Source: Bdellovibrionales bacterium (GTDB taxonomy: Bacteria > Bdellovibrionota > Bdellovibrionia > Bdellovibrionales > UBA1609). Taken from it: a stretch of 32,000 nucleotides of DNA. Below are positions 25,520-32,000 of this stretch, one piece after another. The translations under genes were made by a program, and so were the position numbers. Below the pieces are notes generated by a model. It ran no database searches, was not told the DNA's origin, and was given only the letters and a program-made list of their open reading frames with translations. The first letter of the stretch is position 1, and every line of letters begins with the position of its first letter. The stretch covers positions 480,001-512,000 of the forward strand of contig OZ252021.1 in assembly GCA_965247685.1 (NCBI GenBank), written 5' to 3'.

Positions 25520-25528
25520 AAAATTTAC

Positions 25529-26260
25529 TCAACTATTGCCTCCAAAGTTTCTCTTTGATGAAAAATAGTAATCAATGGCTTTTTGAAGTTCTTGAGTGGT
25601 AAAATCTGGCCAATTAAGATGACTAAAATAAAGCTCACTATAAGCTGAGGACCAAAGATAAAAGTTAGATAAACGACTCACTCCTCCTGTTCGAATAAGT
25701 AAGTCTGGAGGAGGAAATACATAAGATTGTAAATTTTTTTCTATGTCTTTTAAACTAAGATTTTGTACCTGTGATAAAAATTTTTCTTGATCAAGATTAA
25801 GCAGTGGTTGAAATTTATCAATCAACATATTTTTAACAGCATGGAGTATTTCTTTTCTTCCTCCATAGTTGATAGCCAAAATCAAATTCAAACCCTGATT
25901 ATCCTGAGTTTCTTGACAGACATCATGATAAGCTTGTTGCAAGCCTTTAGAGAAAGGAGATAAGTCTCCTATAATTTTTAAACGAACATTGTTAGTAATA
26001 ATAAAATCTTTATACTTTAAAATTTTTTGAGTCAGTAGATGTTCAATAAATTGAACTTCACTTTGAGGTCTCTTCCAGTTTTCTGTACTGAAAGTAAAAA
26101 GTGTTAAATAAGGGATGGATTGAGAAAAACAATACTCGGTTATATCTTTAATAGCTTGGACTCCCTTTTCATATCCTTGAAAAATTTTGAGACCTTGAGA
26201 TTGCGCCCATCTTCTGTTTCCATCCATAATAATAGCAATATGTTGAATAGCCTTCGACAT
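25529..26260 (-). CDS. uppS: Undecaprenyl diphosphate synthase (cis-IPPS)
   Basis: Motifs seen are HIAIIMDGNRRWA, LTLFTFSTENWKRP, INYGGR, LLIRTGG--RLSNFYLW and YSELYFS---WPDF. Confidence 0.95.
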   Translation of the reverse strand: MSKAIQHIAIIMDGNRRWAQSQGLKIFQGYEKGVQAIKDITEYCFSQSIPYLTLFTFSTENWKRPQSEVQFIEHLLTQKILKYKDFIITNNVRLKIIGDLSPFSKGLQQAYHDVCQETQDNQGLNLILAINYGGRKEILHAVKNMLIDKFQPLLNLDQEKFLSQVQNLSLKDIEKNLQSYVFPPPDLLIRTGGVSRLSNFYLWSSAYSELYFSHLNWPDFTTQELQKAIDYYFSSKRNFGGNS

Positions 26261-26263
26261 ATA

Positions 26264-26818
26264 CTAAATTTGAGTTAGCTCTTTTTCTTTTTGCTGGCTT
26301 ATCTCATCGACTTGCTTATTAAAAAGATCAATTTGCTTTTGAATAACATCTTCAGCTTGTTTGCTTTCATCTTCATTCATAATTTTTTCTTTAAGCCTCT
26401 TTCGAATTTCATTATTTAATTCTTGTCGAATTTGTCTAAGTTCTATACGGGATTTTTCAACATCCTTTTTAAAATGACGAATAATTTCCAACCGGCGATC
26501 CTCTGTTAATTCAGGAATTTTTAATCTAATAGATTTTCCATCATTTTGAGGAGCCATACCTAAATCACTCTTAACAAGAGCTTCCTCGATGCTTTTTAAT
26601 GCACTTTGATCCCAAGGAGAAATTAAAATAGTGCGTACATCTGGACAAGAAATAGAAGCAACATGAGAAATTTCAGATTTATTCCCATAATAAGAAACTA
26701 CAAGTCCATCCAGTAAAGAGACATGTGCTCGGCCTGTTCGGACTTTTTTAAGCCTTTCTTTGAGCCTTTCAGTCACTTCAGACATTTGTTGAACAGCTTT
26801 TTGTTTATACTCACTCAA
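26264..26818 (-). CDS. frr: Ribosome recycling factor
   Basis: The 184-aa protein has LKKVRTGRAHVSLLDGLVV-YYG, I-PWD, the LGM-P-NDG--IRL-IP-LTE-RR pattern and a charged helical C-terminus. It sits in the conserved pyrH-frr-uppS order. Confidence 0.95.
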   Translation of the reverse strand: MSEYKQKAVQQMSEVTERLKERLKKVRTGRAHVSLLDGLVVSYYGNKSEISHVASISCPDVRTILISPWDQSALKSIEEALVKSDLGMAPQNDGKSIRLKIPELTEDRRLEIIRHFKKDVEKSRIELRQIRQELNNEIRKRLKEKIMNEDESKQAEDVIQKQIDLFNKQVDEISQQKEKELTQI

Positions 26819-26829
26819 AATTTGAATCC

Positions 26830-27543
26830 TTATTGAATAGTTGTTCCAATTTTTTCACCTTGAAGAATACGAACAATATTTCTTTTTTTCTTCAATTCAA
26901 AAGCAATAAGAGGCATTTTATTATCCATACAAAGGCTAATCGAAGTAGAATCTAATAACTTTAATTTCTTTCTTAAAACTTCCAAGTATTTGATTTCATC
27001 AAATTTCTTACCGCCAGAACCTTTAGATGGATCTCTTTCATAAACACCATCCACTTGAGTAGCTTTTAATACCACTTCAGCTTCAATTTCCATAGCTCTT
27101 AGTGCTGCAGTCGTATCTGTTGTAAAATAAGGATTTCCTGTACCACCTGCAAAAATCACAATACGACCTTTTTCTAAATGTCTTAAAGCTTTCCTACGGA
27201 TATAAGGCTCTGCAATTTCTAATATCTGTATAGCTGTTTGCACACGAGTTTGAATACTTCGTTTCTCTAAAGCTTCTTGCAAAGCCAAAGCATTAATACA
27301 TGTAGCAAGCATCCCCATATAATCCGAACTCACTCGGTCCATCCACTTTTCTGCAGAGACTCCTCGAAAAATATTACCTCCACCAATAACAATGCCCAGC
27401 TGCACTCCTAATTGATAAGCATCCCTTATTTCATCTGCAATAAGAGAAAGAGAATCAAAATCAATACTTTTCTGAGAACCAGATAAAGCTTCTCCACTAA
27501 TTTTTAGTAAGACTCTTTTATAGATTGCTTTCTTTTGAGACAA
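26830..27543 (-). CDS. pyrH: UMP kinase
   Basis: Motifs seen are [74 protein letters not shown] and MD. Confidence 0.95.
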   Translation of the reverse strand: MSQKKAIYKRVLLKISGEALSGSQKSIDFDSLSLIADEIRDAYQLGVQLGIVIGGGNIFRGVSAEKWMDRVSSDYMGMLATCINALALQEALEKRSIQTRVQTAIQILEIAEPYIRRKALRHLEKGRIVIFAGGTGNPYFTTDTTAALRAMEIEAEVVLKATQVDGVYERDPSKGSGGKKFDEIKYLEVLRKKLKLLDSTSISLCMDNKMPLIAFELKKKRNIVRILQGEKIGTTIQ

Positions 27544-27584
27544 AAATTTTCCTTGGTTTAATAAAAATTTAAAAACGTCGTCAT

Positions 27585-28211
27585 TTAATTAGATGCAGAA
27601 TCTCCCTCACCTAGTTTATAACAAACAAATCTTCGAATCACAATTTTTTCACGAATTTGATTTGTTAATTCTGCTATAGCTTCCTCTACAGTAATCTCTT
27701 TTTCATCCCCGCCAGGATGAAAAAAGGGCTGATTCAACAGGCAGATTTCTTTTTTCCATTTTTCCAAACGACCTTCAATAATTTTTTCTGCAACTTGAGC
27801 AGTTTTCCCTTCTTCTAACACCTGTTCTTTGAGCATTTGTTTTTGCTTTTCGAAAGCATTAGTAGGAATATCCTTTTCTGAAATACATATAGGATTCATA
27901 GCTGTAATATGAAGTGTTAAATTTTTCACAAATGTTTGAAAAGCTTCACTACGAGCTGAAAAATCTGTTTCCGTATTGACCTCCAGTAAAATGCCAATGC
28001 GACTATTTGTATGAATATAGGAAGCAATCAAACCTTCACTCGCTTCTTTACCTGCTCTTTTAGCCATTTGAGCAAGACCTTGTTTTTTAAGCCACTCTAA
28101 AGCTTCATCAATATTTCCAGAAGTTTGAGATAGAGCTTTCTTGCAATCTCCAAAGCCCGCACCTGTACGTTCTCTAAGTTCTTTAAGTTCTTTAATTGTT
28201 TCAATAGACAT
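27585..28211 (-). CDS. tsf: Translation elongation factor Ts (short form)
   Basis: It has an N-terminal UBA-like domain ([19 protein letters not shown]), then G-IASYIH---RIG-LLEVN-ETDF-AR and HI-AMNP. At 208 aa it is shorter than the ~280-aa E. coli type. It lies directly downstream of rpsB. Confidence 0.9.
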   Translation of the reverse strand: MSIETIKELKELRERTGAGFGDCKKALSQTSGNIDEALEWLKKQGLAQMAKRAGKEASEGLIASYIHTNSRIGILLEVNTETDFSARSEAFQTFVKNLTLHITAMNPICISEKDIPTNAFEKQKQMLKEQVLEEGKTAQVAEKIIEGRLEKWKKEICLLNQPFFHPGGDEKEITVEEAIAELTNQIREKIVIRRFVCYKLGEGDSASN

Positions 28212-28259
28212 AAAAAAATAGCACCTTCACTAAAGTTTACGTAAAAAATCTACAATGAT

Positions 28260-29168
28260 TTAAGATGAGCTCTCATCATTCCCACTGGGACTTGAATCCT
28301 CACTATCTAATTCCATCTCAATTTCAACATCTTCTGCAGTTCCCACGGCCACTAGTTTACGATTACGAAAGACTTGAACTACATTAGAGGCATCCGCACT
28401 TTGTACAACCACAGAATCTGAATTCACAGAGTCTTTTTTAGATTCTTTAACTTGAGCTTCTTGTTGATCCCGAACACGAGTTTGATAGCGCGTTAAACCT
28501 TTCTCACAAGCTTCTCCAACCTGTTGAATAAAGTATTGAATAGAATGAATAGAATCATCATTACCTGGAATAGGGTATTGAACTAAGTCTGGATCACAAT
28601 TAGTATCTACAACCGCCACCACAGGAAGTCCGAGCTTATTGGCTTCGGCAACTGCAATACTCTCCTTATTAATATCCATCACAAATAGCACATGAGGAAC
28701 ATCTTTCATATCTCGAACGCCTTCAAGATATTCGTTTAATCGATCTCGTTCTTTATCTATCTGTCCTCTTTCTTTTTTAGAATAATGGTCTAAATCTCCT
28801 CTTTCTTTCATTTGATCAATTTTTCTCATTCGATCGATACTCATTTTAATAGTTTGAAAGTTTGTTAAAGTTCCTCCTAACCAACGTTTATTCACATAAA
28901 ACTGCTTCCTTTTTTGAGCTTCCTCTTTAATCAATCGAGAGGCTTGCTTCTTAGTTCCTACAAAAATGACATTCCCACCTTGAGCTATTGTATCTTCAAT
29001 AAATTTTAAAGCTTTTTGAGCCAACAATTTTGTTTTTTCTAAATTGATAATATGAATACCACCATGAGAAGCATAAACATAGGGTTTCATTTTAGGATTC
29101 CAGCGATGCACTTGGTGACCAAAATGAACTCGAGCTTTGAGCATCTCTTCTAAATCAATTAACGACAT
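28260..29168 (-). CDS. rpsB: 30S ribosomal protein S2 with Ser/Asp/Glu-rich C-terminal tail
   Basis: Motifs seen are [70 protein letters not shown] and YPIPGNDD. The last ~70 aa are low-complexity and acidic. Confidence 0.97.
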   Translation of the reverse strand: MSLIDLEEMLKARVHFGHQVHRWNPKMKPYVYASHGGIHIINLEKTKLLAQKALKFIEDTIAQGGNVIFVGTKKQASRLIKEEAQKRKQFYVNKRWLGGTLTNFQTIKMSIDRMRKIDQMKERGDLDHYSKKERGQIDKERDRLNEYLEGVRDMKDVPHVLFVMDINKESIAVAEANKLGLPVVAVVDTNCDPDLVQYPIPGNDDSIHSIQYFIQQVGEACEKGLTRYQTRVRDQQEAQVKESKKDSVNSDSVVVQSADASNVVQVFRNRKLVAVGTAEDVEIEMELDSEDSSPSGNDESSS

Positions 29169-29305
29169 CTAAAACCCCTTTTTTTAGTTTTTCTGTCCTA
29201 TCATAGCTTCAAACAGCAATGCAAGAGGGTAACTGAATTCAAGGATTAAAACAAGCTCCTAAGGGTTCTAATTCACTATTTTACAGGCATTTTTGGAATT
29301 TGATT

Positions 29306-31273
29306 TTAAAATAATATTGGATCTTTATTAATTTGAATACGGACAGAGGGTAAAGGTGTCTTAAATTCCAAGATCCATTTACAAATCTTATCTAAATTTT
29401 GAGAAGAGGGAGATTTCAATAAAATATGATAACGATATCGTGATCGCAGCTTAAAAATAGGTGCTGGAGCAGGTCCTAAACACTTTAAAGATTTCGTCAT
29501 CTGAGTAAAAGGTGCTAGTCCCTCGTAAAGACTTTGAGCCACTTTTAATGCTCGATCTTGTTTTAAAGAAGTGACTTGCACCAAAACTAATCGAGTAAAA
29601 GGAGGATACCCAAGCTCCTTTCGATATTTTAATTCTTTATCAGCCATTCCTTTAAAATTATAAGAAGCTCCCATTTGAATTGCATAATGTTGAGGATTGT
29701 AGGACTGAACAATTACTTGTCCTGAACTAAAGCGGCCCGCTCGTCCACTCATTTGAGTGATGAGCTGAAAGCATCTTTCTGCCGCTCGAAAATCTTGAGC
29801 ATGAAGAGCGAGATCAGCTAGAATAAGACCCACTAATTTGAGATGAGGAAAGTTAAAACCTTTGGCTATCATCTGAGTTCCCACAAGAATGTCTATTTTT
29901 TGATGGGTCATATCTTGAACAAAACTGGTGAACTGACGGGGAGTCTGCACATGATCACTGTCCACAACTTGTATGCGAGCCTTTGGAAATAGTTTTTTCA
30001 TTTCACTTGAAACCGACTCTGTTCCCACCCCTAAATGAGTGATTTCAGAACCAGAACAACATTGAGCTTTACGAGCAGATACCGAATAATTGCAATAATG
30101 GCAAACAAGATAGTGATTAAAATGTAATACTAAAGAAATATCACAGTGGGGGCATTTCAAAGAAGAACCGCACAATGAACAAAGAGTGAGTGAAGATTGT
30201 CCTCGACGATTCAAAAACAGAGCCACTTGAGATTTCTGATTCAAAGTTTTTTTGATAGATTCAAAAAGTTCTTCACTCAGCCAAAAAGGAAGAGAGTTTT
30301 TTTTCTCTTTATCTTTTTTCAACTGCACCACCTGAACTGAAGGTAGCGGTAAGTTTTTGAAACGTTTCTTAATCTGATAATAGTGATAAATTCCTTTTTG
30401 AGCTTGATGCCACACCTCTAAGCTTGGAGTGGCTGAACCCAAAACAATAGGAATATTGTACATATTCGCCAGCATAATAGCTGCATTTCTAGCATGGTAT
30501 TTAAATTTTTCTTCCTGCTTAAAATGTGTTTCATGTTCTTCATCCAAAATAATAAGACCCAGGTCAGAAACAGGACAAAACAAAGCAGATCGAGCACCTA
30601 TAAGAATTTTTCTAGAACCTTGAACTACTCCATACCATTCTTGGTATCTTTTATTAGACTGAATCCCCGAATGGATTAAAGAAGTTTGATCAGGAAACCT
30701 TTCTGAAACTCTTTGGAAAAGTTGTGGAGTTAAACTAATTTCAGGAACAAGAAATAACACTTTTTTATTCTTTTTAATCACTTGATCCATAAGCTCAAAA
30801 TAAACTTCCGTTTTCCCTGATCCTGTGACTCCATGAATTAAGTGTACTTGGAAGTCTTTACTCTTTTGAATTTGAGAAACACATTCTTTTTGTTCAGAGT
30901 TAAGAATAATTTTTTTAGAGGGACTTAATTTTTCAACATCCTTTTCTGGAGACTTTCTCTTAGGAATAGAAGGTGGATAAAAAAGTGATGCCACCAACCC
31001 TATAGGATAAAAATAATATTGTGACATCCACCGAAGCCATTGCAGTCGCACAGGGTCTAAATATGGAATATCCTCATAAACTTTTATAATTTCTTTAATT
31101 TCAAATTGAGAGTTCTGATGTTCTAACGGTCGAGATGGAGATAAGACAAGCCCTGTGGTTTTTTTAGAAGCTAGAGGAATCTCAACAAATTGACCTTCTT
31201 TAAGAGTTTTATTCGAACGATAAGTGAGAGATTGATAAAGAGGAGCAAAGACTGCGATATCATAATATTTCAT
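29306..31273 (-). CDS. priA: Primosomal replication-restart helicase PriA
   Basis: It has Walker A (LIHGVTGSGKTEVY), DEEH (ILDEEHE), a Cys-rich Zn region (CSLCGSSLKCPHCDISLVLH...LVCHYCNY...CC), QMSGRAGR and the C-terminal domain. Confidence 0.93.
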   Translation of the reverse strand: MKYYDIAVFAPLYQSLTYRSNKTLKEGQFVEIPLASKKTTGLVLSPSRPLEHQNSQFEIKEIIKVYEDIPYLDPVRLQWLRWMSQYYFYPIGLVASLFYPPSIPKRKSPEKDVEKLSPSKKIILNSEQKECVSQIQKSKDFQVHLIHGVTGSGKTEVYFELMDQVIKKNKKVLFLVPEISLTPQLFQRVSERFPDQTSLIHSGIQSNKRYQEWYGVVQGSRKILIGARSALFCPVSDLGLIILDEEHETHFKQEEKFKYHARNAAIMLANMYNIPIVLGSATPSLEVWHQAQKGIYHYYQIKKRFKNLPLPSVQVVQLKKDKEKKNSLPFWLSEELFESIKKTLNQKSQVALFLNRRGQSSLTLCSLCGSSLKCPHCDISLVLHFNHYLVCHYCNYSVSARKAQCCSGSEITHLGVGTESVSSEMKKLFPKARIQVVDSDHVQTPRQFTSFVQDMTHQKIDILVGTQMIAKGFNFPHLKLVGLILADLALHAQDFRAAERCFQLITQMSGRAGRFSSGQVIVQSYNPQHYAIQMGASYNFKGMADKELKYRKELGYPPFTRLVLVQVTSLKQDRALKVAQSLYEGLAPFTQMTKSLKCLGPAPAPIFKLRSRYRYHILLKSPSSQNLDKICKWILEFKTPLPSVRIQINKDPILF

Positions 31274-31986
31274 CTTATTTGATAATAAAATCTATTCACA
31301 AGATCACTATCTTCTAGAGAAGAAGTTAACTTTAAGTGTCTACTTGTTTTTTCCTGAGAAGAAAGAGGACGAATACTTGTCACTCTCATTTCTACCTTCA
31401 TTTCTGGTGAAAAAAATGTTCTTTTTTTGGGAAAAAACAACCTTCCTGAATATAAATGGTAGTCTTGAGCTGTTAGCCATGTATCCTTTTTAAGTTTTAA
31501 CTTTCGAATGACAAACTCATCTTGCTCAATCCACACAGCAAGGTCTTTTTTACGTAGATTGAAAACATAATTCACCACCCCTAAAGCTCTTTCTAAATAG
31601 ATATTCTTGACTGAAGACAACCATGAAGAAATTTTAGGTTTAATAAAAAAATAATTTTCTATATAATTTTTTCTTTGAGAAACACTTCTTTTTTTTGAAT
31701 TCAACCAAGATTTATTAGAGTTTCTATATGAAAAAGAAAATACTCTTTGAGAGTCTTTTTTTACTTCTACGAAAAGACGGTTCGAAAACCTCCACCACTC
31801 TTCTGTAAACTTTAAAGGCTCTTTTAAACTCGAATGATCTAAAAAGATGACTTCTTGAGAAATTTTGTAATTTCTAGCACCTTGATGCTGAACGAGCCGA
31901 GACAAAATCATACTTGATTCTGGAATATAAGCTTGAACTTCAAACAAGAAACCGATCAAAAAACAAATATGTAGTAAATTTTTCAC
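31270..31986 (-). CDS. Hypothetical exported protein, translationally coupled to priA
   Basis: It has an N-terminal signal-like sequence (MKNLLHICFLIGFLFEVQAY). The body is Lys/Ser-rich and looks beta-rich. Its TGA overlaps the priA ATG (ATGA at 31273-31270). No family signature was recognised. Confidence 0.5.
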   Translation of the reverse strand: MKNLLHICFLIGFLFEVQAYIPESSMILSRLVQHQGARNYKISQEVIFLDHSSLKEPLKFTEEWWRFSNRLFVEVKKDSQRVFSFSYRNSNKSWLNSKKRSVSQRKNYIENYFFIKPKISSWLSSVKNIYLERALGVVNYVFNLRKKDLAVWIEQDEFVIRKLKLKKDTWLTAQDYHLYSGRLFFPKKRTFFSPEMKVEMRVTSIRPLSSQEKTSRHLKLTSSLEDSDLVNRFYYQIR

Positions 31987-32000
31987 TTTTTATCTCACTT

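Noticed and set aside
1-32000. Search for CRISPR arrays, transposase, integrase or phage genes, tRNA/rRNA genes, toxin-antitoxin pairs or a defence island
   Set aside because: No spaced direct repeats, no recognisable mobile-element or defence protein motifs, and no GC-rich structured-RNA-like segments were seen. Every intergenic gap is 340 nt or shorter and AT-rich. The window reads as core chromosome.

Overview
AT-rich (about one-third G+C by eye), densely coding bacterial chromosomal segment with about 35 genes and over 90% coding sequence. It consists almost entirely of core housekeeping genes under the standard genetic code (TGA, TAA and TAG all serve as stops). Strand blocks: (+) comF-like 3' end, LolA-like, mreB, HAD hydrolase; (-) mutY; (+) transketolase-family gene; (-) tatA, a thiBPQ-type thiamine ABC importer, nth, a degenerate SpoIIE/PP2C-like gene, a polyprenyl diphosphate synthase, menE-menC-menA-menB led by a membrane-protein gene, csrA; (+) dnaX-recR-mglA, rseP, tsaB-rluD-pgeF and two small hypothetical genes; (-) rpsB-tsf-pyrH-frr-uppS, and priA with an upstream coupled exported protein. 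An MglA-type GTPase together with CsrA, menaquinone genes and low G+C suggests a Bdellovibrionota/Oligoflexia-like organism, but that is inference only. I found no rRNA, tRNA, CRISPR array, transposase, integrase, phage gene or recognisable defence island, and I do not see a clear novel multi-gene system here. The observations most worth a second look are these. (1) An orphan MglA, start-stop coupled to recR, has substitutions at GTP-hydrolysis positions and no adjacent MglB. (2) A SpoIIE/PP2C-like protein in the men-nth gene string lacks two expected metal-binding Asp positions. (3) MenE is N-terminally truncated. (4) The thiBPQ operon has no visible TPP riboswitch but carries a 25-nt perfect palindrome in its leader. 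(5) A 21-mer (20/21 identical) is shared by two otherwise unrelated upstream regions. (6) The rpsB...uppS / rseP arrangement is consistent with an old ~5 kb inversion. All functional calls come from motif recognition by eye, without database searches.
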